DNA of 64,000 nt. It comes from Chiloscyllium plagiosum. Its lineage: Eukaryota. Positions 50,161 to 63,028 of the stretch are shown in pieces. Both the position numbers and the translations under genes were made by a program. Where the stretch lies: the NCBI RefSeq assembly GCF_004010195.1, contig NC_057718.1, forward strand, positions 34,497,239-34,561,238, given 5' to 3'. The stretch's first letter is position 1; the number at the start of each line of letters is the position of its first letter. The notes under the pieces were generated by a model. The model made no database searches, was not told where the DNA came from, and saw only the letters and a list, made by a program, of their open reading frames with translations.

Positions 50161-53100
50161 TGATGTGGAGATTAACTGACAAGAGTCACATGCAATATCT
50201 GGCGCAGCAGTGAACTCAAAACCAATCTGGTGTACGATTACAGTCACGCACAGGCTAGGATAAATAAAGGAGACTGATTTTCTTCACTAAAAGAAATAAT
50301 TAACAGTGGAGACAGGGAGACTCTGAAAATAGTAAGAAAGCAGAGATTGTATTGAATTTAATTGCTGAACCTCCTTAGAATGTTTTACACTGTCTCCCAA
50401 TGTAGAACCCAATCAGTTTGAGAGGGTGATTGGCTGCAGGACAGGAAAACCATCAGTAGAAGTCAGTGACCCTGATATGCTGTGCTTAGTCATTAGCAGT
50501 CAAAAGGTCCAATAGGCAATAGTGTGGGGCAATTGCTCAAAGTGTGGCAGCAAGGAGGGAGGGAAAGATCATGAAGGAGGATAGCTATAGATCACAAGGT
50601 ATGGTGTTAGAGATCATTGAGAGTGAGCATTCATAAAAGAAGATTTGTTTTAAAGTTTTAGAAAAACAGCCAGTCCTGCTACTTTTGGCTCACAATCAAT
50701 GATGGATCCAACAGTGTATGTCTCTCTTTAGCTTCCAGATTTCTTGAACTCTGGAAAACCCGGCCTGTGGACGTTATGGTCAAATGGCAGCCAAAACTAA
50801 GGAACAGAATCTCATCAATACATTATAATGACAGAGCTACTTCTCCAGAGTAGATGCACCAAACTTTGTCATAAATTGGAAGTACTCACATTCTCAAAGG
50901 ATTAGGATGCAGTCTTCCATTTTTAATCATTTCACACATCCAACCAACCTTTATCTCACATTAGTGAAATTAAAATTCATTGCCCCATCCCCATCCCCAC
51001 CTTGATACCACCAATTTAAAACTCAGACATTGGTTTTAAATCCTCCTTGTGACCTTGTTCCTCCCCATCTCGATCCCTCCCCAGACTTACAATTTTATTA
51101 GAATTTTCCATTTCACCATCTCTGGCTTCTGGCCATACATTGTTGGCTCTGTCTTGAGCTGTCTCAGGACCACTAAATGGAATTTGTTCATTCATGCTCC
51201 TTCTTGAGGAAATTTTATGACCAAACTTTACATCATCCTTCCCAATATTACCCACTTATCAGCCACACATGGATCCACAGAACCCATGAACAGTGACACA
51301 GAATTTCCTAGGTGGATAATCATACTCGTTAGTGAGTGATCGCTGCTTTGGCATCCATTTGTTCTATGACTGTGAAATGTATGAGGATGTCATTCTACAT
51401 TAAAGGCACTTTATAAGAACAAGATGTTGCTGTTTCACACCCTCAGGCTATCCCAGAGTTCATATGGACAAATAACAATATTTTAGAGTCTACATTTGTC
51501 CTTTCATCAGCCAACTGGGTGCTGCATGGCCTCAACAAACAGCATTGGAGAGGATGGTTTACCTCCCAATGTTGCAGTCACCAGCATACTCCAGAAAGTC
51601 AATTTTGGATGAAGACATTAATGTCCATGGTGGGGGCTCTCGCAATCTTCTGGGGGCTCTTGCAATCTTTTGGGGAATATCAACAAAAACACTGGGGGAG
51701 TTTCAAAGAGATCGTTTTGTAGGTCTTTCATCAAAGTAACAGCAGATGAATGGGGGAACCACCCCACCTCTCAGTAATGCAACATTTATTCACACATGAA
51801 ACTACAGTGTCCTGCTCTGATATAGAGGTTTTTCTAAAGTATCCAAGCCAGCTAACGCAGCAGGTTCATCCCTAACAGAAGTGGCTCAGTTCTACGCGAG
51901 AGGATGCAAGTTGAGGCATAGGAGAAGCTCATTTCATTTTGCTCTCTGGTTTGTTTCACAAGAGCATGCAAACCATCTGAAAGTAATTAACTATTGGACC
52001 TCTACAATGAGCTGAGATGGCAAAATCTGGCTTCAATCTGAAGGCCCTCTGGAACAACCCTTTTACCATTGGTGCTTTCTGTAACTTACACTATCAGCTT
52101 TCATTGTGGACCCTCTCCAGCTTTCTCAGTTCAGCCCTCAGGAACATTTTTTTTGCGTAGAAATTAGAATGAAAGTACGGCATATTTTAGAGAAAACACA
52201 ATGAAAATCGATCTTTGGACCATAATATATATTCAGACAACTTTGATGATTTTGACATCTAATACTGCAAATATCTTCAAGGAGGGTTTTCATTTGAAAA
52301 AAAAATTCGCAGTGATGTGGTTATATTTCAGCTGTTCCATTTTATTTATTTTCTTTTAATGTATGTTAATTTTGTTTTTGGAGTGCACCCCAGGCCATAA
52401 ATCAAACAGTAGGTCAAAGGCCATTCCACAGTGATATAGCCAATCAGGAAATGCAATCCTCCCGTGGTTTCTCCAGAAATGCCAAGTTTTTTGTGTCGAA
52501 CTCCTTTGCAAATAAAACTTCAACTCCGGCATGAGACTGGGAGCTGCGATTTGCACACGAGCTCTCCAGCCGTTCACAAGACTACTCCAGAATCTAGCAC
52601 AACTCTCCCCATGCCTCCTGCCTCCGCCCACAAGGTTTATCATTCATTGAATAAACTTATTTTTTCCAGCTCTTCAGCCTGTCACTTGTAAAAGAAAAGT
52701 AATTGAATACCATTTGGAAAAAGAAGGGCAAAGGAAGTGGTGCATATTTCATAGGCTGATGGTTGTCAGATGTAGCCCAATGCATAGTTCAACCATATGT
52801 ACTGAAACACTGCAGTCACAGCATTTTAACCAAAATGCTTCCACAAACGTTTTCATGGGGCTGGCAATTATGCTTAAATTGGAGGCACGCAAACGTTTGC
52901 AACTATTTCTTGATTTCAAAAATGCTATTGCAATTTTAGATTTCAAAATCAAATATCTATACATACAGGTACCCTTCATGTTTGCTCGATCTCAACATAT
53001 CTGAGAGAAATAACAAATCAGAATGGGCACATTTTCTTTTGCACACAATGTTTTACCTCAGTTAAAGGAATTGATAAAGTTCCACGTTGCATAAATTGGA

Positions 53101-53698
53101 GGTGGAACTTTAACAGAAACAGAAGGGTTGGAAATCTTAAGGAGAAATATAAAGAATTATGCTGGAAGTACACAACAGAATCATCCAGTATTTGGAAAGT
53201 GAAAATTCAGGTTCAGATTTTGGTGTGTGTTAATGTTTAGGTGTTAATTATAAAAGTATCGGCTTACCTGTGTAGGCAAATGGTATTTCTGGCTTCATGC
53301 TTTCCTTATGTCCATGAGAGCAAGCTCATCAAAATAGCACTAACTTCAAGTCTCTTTCCAAGTCACATATGAATCCAATTTGGGCATACATGATAGTGCT
53401 ATCTACTGCTGCCATCACTGGTATAATGGTGTACAGTTGTGTCGACAGAGTTATCTGAGCTGCCTCGGGTAGATAATCTGCCAGCAAGCCTTCTTATTAG
53501 TTTTAGTCTTAGTTATTAATCCCAAGTGGGGAAGGATGCCCACAAGTCATTACCAGAAGATAGGCTCAATCTTGATAATCAGCAAAAGTTTAGTTCATAG
53601 TACTTAATAGCTAGTTATATTGCACCTGAGATACATAATTATCTCTTGTGAAACAGTGGACTCAACCTAAGAGTAAGTGCACGTTACTATTAGCTATA

Positions 53699-53882
53699 AG
53701 AACAAAAGCAGAAGTTGCTGAAAAAGGTCAGCAGGTCTGGCGACATCTGCAAAAAGGTAGGGTCACCGGACCCATGTTAACTCTGATTTCTCTTCACAGA
53801 TGCTGCCAGACCTGCTGAGCTTTTTCAGCAACTTCAGTTTTTGTTTCTGATTCACAGCATCCGCAGTTCTTTTGGTTTTTAT
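53699..53882 (+). mobile_element. Fold-back Penelope-derived insertion (third family) with degenerate TSD
   Basis: Arms aacaaaagcagaagttgctgaaaaaggtcagcaggtctggc..catctg and reverse complement. TTACTATT(A/G)GCT(A/G)TA at 53684-53698 and 53883-53897. Confidence 0.8.
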
Positions 53883-54192
53883 TTACTATTGGCTGTAGTG
53901 ACCTCGCACGGGAATTATAACACAGAGACAAACTGAAACAGGAACCCCCCTTCAAAGTGGTTAGCTCATCCTAAGTATGATGCTTTATACCTTGAAGGGT
54001 GGAGTTTATCTTATCATGTTGGCTATCCTTTCAGGTACAAATTGTCTTATGCAACAGTTCCTTCTTGGTTGTTGCACCAATAACACAGAATTCTGTTCTA
54101 ACACCATTCTCGAAGTACTATGATGATGAAGGCTGTCGTAGCTTAAGGAAAAGACCCATCAGCAACAACAAAGGCAAGGGATAGTAAGTAAG

Positions 54193-56065
54193 TTTGATTT
54201 GATTTGATTTGATTTATTTATTGTCACGTGTGCCCAAATACAGTGAAAAGCTTTGTTTACAAGAAGTACAGGCAGATCATAGTAAGCAAGGACATACAGA
54301 TCATACATTGGAAAAAATCTTAGACAGAGGCTTACAGGTTATGTTGTACAGGGCATGTGCTAGGCAAGATCAACATGAGCAAGATCAGCATTATTTGAAG
54401 TTAGAAAGTCCATTCATCAGTCTAATAACGGCCGGGATGAAGCTGTTCCTGACACTGTTGATGCATATACTCAAGACTCTGTATCTTCTGCCTGATGGAA
54501 GAGGCAGTAGGAAAGCATTACCAGGGTGGTAAAGGTCTTTGATGATGTTGGCAGCCTTTCCGGGCAAAGAGCCATGTAAATGGAGTTCATGGATTAATGG
54601 TTGGCTTCCGTGATGGTCTGGGCTGTGCATACTACCTTCTGTAGTTTCTTACGGTACTGGGGAGAGCAATTGCCGTACCAGGCTGTTATGCACCCAGACA
54701 CTATGCTTTCAATAGTAAATCTGTAAAGTTGGTGAGGATCAGTGTGGATGTGCCAAATTTCCTGAGCTGCCAGAGGAAGAAGAGGCATTGCTGTGCCTTC
54801 CTAACCATCACATTTACATGGGAAATCTAGCATAGGTTGTCAGTTATTGTCTCTCCGAGGAACTTGACACTCTCAACCGTCTCAACCTCTGCTCTGTTAA
54901 TGTAGATGGAGGTGTGTTCTCCTCCTTTCTTCCGGAAGTCAATGATCAATTCTTCAATTTGCCGGCATTGAGAAAGAGGTTGTCCTCACTGCACCACTCC
55001 ACCAAGCCCCCTATCTCCTTTCTATTTTCTGACTCGTCATTGTTAGATATCTATCCTACCACAGGGTGCTGTCAGTAAACTTGTAGACAGTGTTCATTTG
55101 GAATTTGACTACACAAGGAGTACACAAGGGGGCTGAGGGCACATCCTTGGGGGGATCCAGTGTTGAGCATTATCGTGGAGGAGGTGCAGTTGTCTATCTT
55201 CACTGATTGTGGTCTGTGGGTCAGGAAGCTGAGGATCCAGTTGCAGAGGGTGGAGTTGAGACCTAGGTCTTGGTGTTTTGAGATCAATCTGGAGGGTATA
55301 GTGGTGTTGGAGGTGGAGCTGTAGTCAATGAGCAGGAGTCTGACATAGGTGTCCCTGTTGTCCAGATGTTCCAGAGTTGAGTCCAGGTGTAGGGAAATGG
55401 TATCCACTGTGGACCTGTTACGTTGGTAGGCAAACTTTGAAGGATTGAGGCAGGCTGGGAGATTGGGAGTTGATGTGGACTATGAACAGCCTTTCAAAGC
55501 ACTTCGTGATTATCTACATTGAACTCCAGCTTTACTCAGAGAGTGGTAAGGGTGTGGAATGCCTTGCCTGCCAATGTAGTTAACTCATCCACATTAAGGA
55601 CATTTAAACAATCCTTGGATAAGCACATGGATGATGATGGGATAGTGTAGGGGGATGGGTTTAGATTAGTTCACAGGTTGGTGCAACATCGAGGACTAAA
55701 GGGCCTATTCAGATTTGTATTATTCTATGTTCTATGGAGGTCAAAGCCACTGGGCCATAGTCATAAAGGCACGTTGCATGTGCATTCTTACGTACTGGGA
55801 TGATTGTGGTCTTCTTGAAGCAGGTGGGGACTTCGGCTTGTAGGAGGGAAAGGTTGAAGATATCGGTGAATACCTCCGCCACCTGGTCCAGACAGGATCT
55901 TGACTGCTCGTCTTGGGACTCTATCTAGGCCCATCGCTTTCCTGGGGTCGATTCCCAGGAAGACTGATCTGACATCTGCAGTGGTGATAGTGGGCACAGG
56001 TGTGTCCGGGCTGTTGGGGTCGGTGACACCGCACTGCTGGCATTCTGCTCAAAACTGGGCATGGA
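54193..56065 (-). mobile_element. Rex1/Babar LINE, decayed, with a nested CR1 3' end (55528-55735, +)
   Basis: [60 protein letters not shown]; (gattt)n tail. The insert ends ttctatgttctatg. Confidence 0.9.
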
Positions 56066-57358
56066 AAGCAGTCTTTTACACATCCCCCATCAAAACAATG
56101 TAAATTTAGAAATTGTTTCTGATTTCTTCCCTCTGCTCTCAGTTGCTCTGTGTCTTGGTGAGGTATTGCTGCAAGAGAGCTGGCCTCCTAGATTTTGTCC
56201 AAACAGTCATTCTTCACGTAAGAGAAGAATAATCATGTTTGGTTTTGGAGATTTCAGGTCAGGAACACTGTATAGCACCGTATATTTGTCTCAGTTAAAA
56301 TCAGTTAATTAAGTCCAGGTCAAGGATTCAAACTAAACCCAGACCATCCTGATCCCCATGGTTTAGTTCCACACCAGAAAGTATAGTTTGTAATTGAGCC
56401 ATCAATAAAATACTGTGTAGGTTATTTTATAACGTTTCCATTATGGAGGATGTGAAAAAATGTCTAATACTTAGGCAGTTGCAGTTGATATGGTACCAGC
56501 AATAGGGTTCCAAAGGAGTTCAGAAAATTTCTTATTAGATAGGAAAGTCTCCAGATCCCTGACATGACCAGGGACTAAAGAACTGAGCAGTAGAGACAAG
56601 GCAGGTTCCATCATGTTCCAGATGGCTTTTATAGGTCTGTATTCTTTGGATCTGACCAGAAAGTGCAACAGAATATCTATAATAATGCTCATTGTAGATC
56701 ACATGAGACTAGTGTGTTAAACTGTAAGTAGTGTGTTGTTGGCTATTAATAAACTGTATAGCCTGAGAAACCAATGAATAAAACTAGCCTTTTATCTAAA
56801 TAAAATTAGTGACATCTGAAGCCAATTTATTTCATTACCACAAGAAAAATTACTGCTGTTATATATATTTTTGCTTATTACTATAATGATTTTGTTACAG
56901 TTAGTGGGGGTCACTGAAATCCCAAGAAAAAGAATGTAGGTAAAATGGCACTTGGTCACAGCAGGCTCAAATGTTCAATTCAATACAGCATCCAATGTGG
57001 TGGCTATTTGAGACACTGCGAAATAATGGTATACATAAACTCCATGCCACAAAATTAAAACGTGGCCTAAAGCAGCTGTCTGTGCACTTCAAAAACCAGA
57101 TGTTAATGAATAGGCTTCTGTGGTATAGTGGTCTCCAGTTAACAACATATCTGTGCTAATCCTAGTTCTGATCCAAGGAAGAATAAAATACCAGTATATA
57201 TCCACTCAGAGCCCATTTATTCCCTTTGTAAGGGACTCCTGGTTCCATTTTAAAGAACTCCAGCACTTATAAAATTCCGACTCATGTCTAAAATATTGCA
57301 AAATGAATAATTAATACGTTATGTCCAACCGATCTGCTGTCAAATATTTAAAAACTAT

Positions 57359-59342
57359 GGGTTGAATCTTATGTTTCATTGGCAAAGTCCAAGTTCTATC
57401 AAGTTTTTTTGTAGGGTTTCTCGCTTAGGGAGTTCTCTTGCCATATCTCACCAAACCCAGCTCATTATTTATCCAGTCTATGTCTGATTTCTGTCCCATT
57501 TTACCATGCGCTGTAACTGAAACAACTCACTATTCCAGAATTCACTGCCTTCTCTTACTCTCATGCCATCTTTAGAACCTGTTGTTCACACAGACAAGCA
57601 CTGTCAGTCCAAACTACCCGTGTACAGATCCCAATATTTGCTCCAGACATGGCAGACAGCAGGCAATTGGCACTTTGCTTTGTTGGCATGGTTCCGCTGG
57701 ATGGTGTAGTGCCCACACAGGACATGCTCCTCCCCAGGATCAGCATTGGAGATCATATCAGATCATGCCAACTTGATCTGAGATTGCCATCCTCAGTTCT
57801 CAGCCCTCTTGAGGAATACCCAACACAATAGGAAGGTCCATGTCATTCTCCACTCCACCAGGGTGAGTTCCACCAACAAATCTCCGATAGTTCACACTCG
57901 TTCTGTCTCAGCTATCCCCCAAAACAATTCATGTTCTATCATGCCAGATGTAGCCTGCACCATCTTCCCTCACTCACTCACACCCACTCCAATCCCCGAC
58001 ACTTTGTATGCTCTGCCTACCTGCTCAGTCGAGACACCTCTCCAATACAACAATAGCACCCGCTTCCATCTCCTGTAATGCAACCTTTCTCTCTCTCTCA
58101 TTCCAGCAGGAAAACAGCCCAAAATAAGACAGAAGGAGTACAGACCTATGGTATGCTGCCTGTCATTCGTCTCCTTACCTTTCATGAGGAGGGATTCCTG
58201 ACTCTTACTGCCACATGGAACAATATAGCGCAGAATAGACTCTTGGGTCCTCGATGTTTAGCCGACCTGTGAACTAATCTAAGCCTGGAGCAAGCAGGGC
58301 CTGGACTGGTCTTAGAGTCTACCCATGACTGACTGAGCTAGGAACCCCTGAGCGAAGGTTATCCCCCTTGACTGAGGTTTGCTGACAACTAAGACAAGCT
58401 GTCTGGCTTTCTGCCTGTGCTAAACAGCATGGCAGTGCTGCAGTGTTGTGAGCCTGATATCTCTGGCTGAGAGGGCAAAGCACAAAAGGGTTAAGGCTGG
58501 GAAGCTCTGAGCATCCAGGTAGTTTCAGAGTGAGTGAGTGGTCAGCAAGCCAAGAGCTGAAGCGCCATGAGGGTTCATAGAGGCTGGCACATGTTAAATG
58601 CTAATAACTGGACATGAGATGCATTTGGTTAGTGCCCATAGAGCATGCCTTGAGACATTGGTGCCTGATTTCCAAGATACATGTCATTTGCAGCAAGTGG
58701 CAAGCTTAACCCACCAGGTATCTACGTTAGTTTCTGGAACAAGTTTTCCCAATATTGAGCTCATTTGGTAAGAGGAAAGGTTGATTATTACTGAGGTAAG
58801 TTGGGGTGTTAACATGCCGCTTAACAAGCAATTGTGAATTGTCACTTGGTGTTTCACCGCTGCTTAGCATGAATCTAAGCACACTACTTGTGAAAAACGT
58901 GCAAGTTAGAGCAAGATACTCTTAACATCTCACAGCGCCAGGGACCTGGGTTCGATTCCAGCCTCGGGCGACTGTCTGTATGGAGTTTGTACATTCTCCC
59001 TGTGTCTGCGTGGGTTTTCGCCGGGTGCTCCAGTTTCCTCCCACAGTCCAAAGAATGTACAGTTTACGTGGATTGGCCATGCTAAATTGCCCATAATGTG
59101 CAGGGGTGTGTAGGTTAGGTGCATTATTTGTGGTAAATGTCGAGTAATAGGCTAGGGGAATGGGTCTGGGTGGGTTACTCCTCAGACGGGCTGTGTGGAC
59201 TTGTTGGGCTGTAGGGCCTGTTTCCACACTGTAGGGAATCTATGATTCTATGATTGAGATGGGCCTTGCTGGACTTCTAGTTTGATTCTGCCACCAATCT
59301 TTTCAATAACCTACATCGTTCAGCCCCTTATAAGATTCCACC
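57359..59342 (+). mobile_element. Harbinger/PIF-like relic with TIRs and Myb/SANT remnant, containing an HE1-like SINE
   Basis: TIRs GGTTGAATCTTAT (57360-57372) and ATAAGATTCCACC (59330-59342), 12/13 match. MADSRQLALCF...LDGVV..DMLLP and RKVHVILHSTR|GTGAGT remnants. Confidence 0.6.
58928..59254 (+). mobile_element. HE1-like SINE (5' clipped)
   Basis: B-box GGTTCGATTCC, conserved centre, (ctatgatt)n tail. Confidence 0.9.
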
Positions 59343-62300
59343 TTAAAAGCTTCGATATGAATTATATATTGAGTGCTTTATTTTTTTTTGATGTTTTATA
59401 ATGAGTCAAACTCTCCCACTGGTTGATGAGTCCATTTCTGTATGTGGTTACGAACTATAGGAGGGTCCTATTTGAGGTCCCCATTCACATAAGATGAAGT
59501 GACACTTTAACTTACCCAAGATGCAAGCCTGTGTGGGCTGTACAGGCCAGAAGTGGATTGCCATTAAGGATAAGTAACCAGCCAACTCTTATAACCTTGA
59601 TGGGATCATAAACATTTCCCTGATGGAGGAAGTGGACAGCTGTTGATGTCTGTGGAGTTATTGTTTTGAGAATGAGTCACCATCTTAAGAAGAGGATAAA
59701 ATCTTGGAGATAATTTTTGCTGAATGAATGACTAAAAAGGATGTGTCTAAAAGCCTTCTTTTACAAATTTATAATTTTATTTACAGCTTGCCAAATGGTT
59801 GACCCAGGCACAATCTTAATTAAAGCATAACATTTCTTGATTTTAAATAATCATCTGCAAAAGCAATTGAGGAGGGATGAAAATTAACATCAAGTACAGT
59901 ATAATTGGATGAAAAGAATTGTTTCAATACCTCATCAAAATAGCTATTATTTAATATTCACCTAGCAACACTGCAAACACCTTGGCCCAATGTCACCCTC
60001 ATGTCTATACTTTCAGAAGTAGTCACGAGATAACAGTCAGTGATCATGATCTGTGACCAACTTTACCCTCCAAGGCCAGAGGTACTGTGACCAGTTGTAG
60101 TGTCCCCATTGATAGTCTGGCTGAAAGTCAGATAATCATAGGAAAAGATGACACAGTAAAGAAATTGGATAGAAATAAAATGGAATGTAGTTAAATGTAT
60201 GGAAGTATAATCTTATATAGAATAGGAACATATACCATTTAAATGTTAACATAAAAGAGGGGCAGCACAGTGACTCAGTGGTTAGCATTAATATCCCACA
60301 GTGCCAGGGACCCAGATTTGAATTTAGCTTTGGGTGTCTGTTGTTTTGAAATCCTTCCATGTCCTTGACCCTCCTTATCTCTGTAATCTCCACAAACTCC
60401 AAGCTGAAACAACAGGGCTTTAACTGTGAGCTCTTATGCATTTCCAGTTAATTTCTCCATCATTGGTAGTCATACCTTCTGTAGCCTTGGTCTTAAGCAT
60501 TAAAACCTACTTCTTTGGTGGAGTTTTAGTCATTTGAACTCAGATCTCTTTATGTGGCTTGCTGTTCTAATTTATTTCACAATGCTCTTGTAAACAGTGT
60601 TACTGGGATATTTCGTTTAGGTACAAAATAAATACAATTTTCTGTTACATGCCTGACACAGTTTAATCATTACAATACATGCACTCATACAGGCTACAGT
60701 TTATGACAATGCTGAGGAGTCCCTAAAAACCAGCCCAACTCTATTAAAATCACTGAAGAGCAATGGAGCTGGCCAGGTCAGGGGTGCTCGGGGCAAGGTG
60801 TTAACCTGAGCTAGTCTACACCTTTGAAAAGTACTCTTGAAAGTTGGAAAACTTTGAATAGGCTTGTGAATCTCCATTTGTATAGGGCTCTCAACTTACA
60901 CTGATTCAGAAAATCCAGACCATTGTATTAAGATGGGAATACTTCCATAGGATAGTTGGTCGCAACATTTGAGCTGACAGTGTAACAGAAAATTATATGT
61001 ATTTTGTACTTTAATGAAACATCCCAATAATGCTCTTTACAGGAGCATTGTGAAATAAATTAGAACAGCAAACCACATAAGGAGATCTCAATTCAGACGA
61101 GTAAAAACTCCATGAAAGAAATAGGTTTTAAGGTTTCACATGGAGGCAACTGAAGATATGACTACCAATGATGAAGAAATTATAACTGGACATGCATAAG
61201 AGCGCACAGTTAGAGCCCTGTAGTTTCAGGTTGGAGTTTGGTGAGATTACAGAGATAAGGAGGGGCAAGGACATGGAGGGATTTCAAAACAAGGATCAAT
61301 ATTTATAAATCAAAACATTACTTACTGGTAGCCAATGTTGGTCAGCGAACACAAAGGTGATAGGGGAATAGGACTTGCTGCGGGTTAAGACGCAGGCAAC
61401 AGAGGTTTGGATATCCAAAACTTTATAGTGGAACACTGGATCAAACTGGAGTCTTGATCAGTTTGACTAAGCTATAAGTTTTTCCGGAGGCCTTAGAACC
61501 GTTACATTTGCAGCATTTCAAATTAAAAATTCAAAAGCTTCATCAACGATACTTACGTGTCTAAGGGAATACGGAGGGGAGTGGGGTTTAATCATCACTC
61601 GGCATTGATTTAACTGAACTTCACCAGGACAGTAATAGGGAATTACAATTCTCTTATTACTACGGGGATAAGGAGAGATAAATCACTCAGTATTCAACTA
61701 CCCTTGATTGCTATTCAGTAATCCTTGCTGAATTGCACATGATTGTTGTACAAATGCAGGATCCCGTGTACACCCATGTGCCAACCTGACATGTTTACTG
61801 TTCAGACCCGCATGAATAATCCCCTCTTACATAACCTTCTGAGGGCAGCCAGTTTCTTCAGGACTCAACATTGTGAGGAGAGAAGGGGTGTACACTGGCA
61901 AGAGCCAGAAACAATAAATAACGTTTTATCACTGCTGTTAGGAGAAACGCAGTGTTTGGACTGATCTAACAGGCAGGAAGGCTGTAGGCCTCACCCAGAG
62001 CAGAAACATGGCAGTAATTTAGCTCTGCTGCTATTGTCTGCACTTAGGTTTGCTTATTGATTAAACTTCCTCTAGCATATGATTTCCTGCAGCAGGAAGT
62101 GATGTCAAAGAACAGACGGTGATGGATGTTTATGAGTTAATAGAGTTGTTTTGAAATATAAAAAATTGTTCTGAGGAGTCAGTAAGTCGCATGTTTTAAA
62201 ATGAAGATTGAAATATTTCAATCCTGAGGTATGATAGAAGAAAATATGAATGGATATGTTTTGTGTTAAAAGTTAAAAGGAAACTTTCAAATGTTGCTGA

Positions 62301-62685
62301 AATCTTTTTGAAATGAAAGTTCTGCCTCATTGTCAACACAGCTGTTAGCAGCTTGTATAATTTGTAATAATTGTATCCAAAACTCCCATATGTGATTTAT
62401 TATCCATTCTTTTCTGTATACGAAAAGATTCTGGAGTGTACAGACGATAGAATGGTAACCAACAGGGAAAATCAAATTGGTGTCTAATTAGTGATGGAGT
62501 GAAGACACTATATGCTGAATAGCCAACACAGGATTGCACTCATTTTATCATTTATCATATGAATAACAGGTAATTGTTAAAAGCAACAGCTTTTATTACT
62601 CCTCTCATTTGAGGAAAAGAAAATCGGTTAAGGTAGAAAATGGCCTTGATAATTGCTGGATTGCACAGTCTGTTCATGCTTATAT

Positions 62686-63028
62686 CATAGAATCCCTATA
62701 CTGTGGAAAGAGGCCATTTGGCCCATCAAGTTTTCACCAGCCCTCCAAAGAGAATCCCACCCAGACTCAGACCCCTATCTCATCTCCATTACCCTGCATT
62801 TACCATGGCTAACCCCCCCTAGCCTGTGCATCTCTGGACACAACAGGGCAATTGAGAATGGCCTGCGCATCTCTGGACTATTGAGAAAACCAGAGAACCC
62901 AATGGAAACCCACACAGACACTGAGAACATACACAATCCACACAGACAGTCACCCAAGTCTGAAATCCATCCAGGATTCCTGGCACTGTGAGGCATCAGT
63001 GCTAACCACTGAGCCACTGTGCCACCCC
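62686..63028 (-). mobile_element. HE1-like SINE
   Basis: Minus strand gggtggcacagtggctcagtggttagcac head, internal gtccagagatg duplication, gggattctatg tail. Confidence 0.85.

Noticed and set aside
51628..51676. ~21-bp tandem duplication tgggggctct(c/t)gcaatctt
   Set aside because: Only two copies; an ordinary slippage product.
53268..53298. Possible minus-strand micro-exon MKPEIPFAYT followed by CAG|GTAAGC
   Set aside because: Good donor site, but only 10 codons, no recognised homology and no partner exon; expected by chance in 64 kb.
56471..56692. 73-aa minus-strand ORF as a host exon
   Set aside because: No recognisable domain and weak splice signals.
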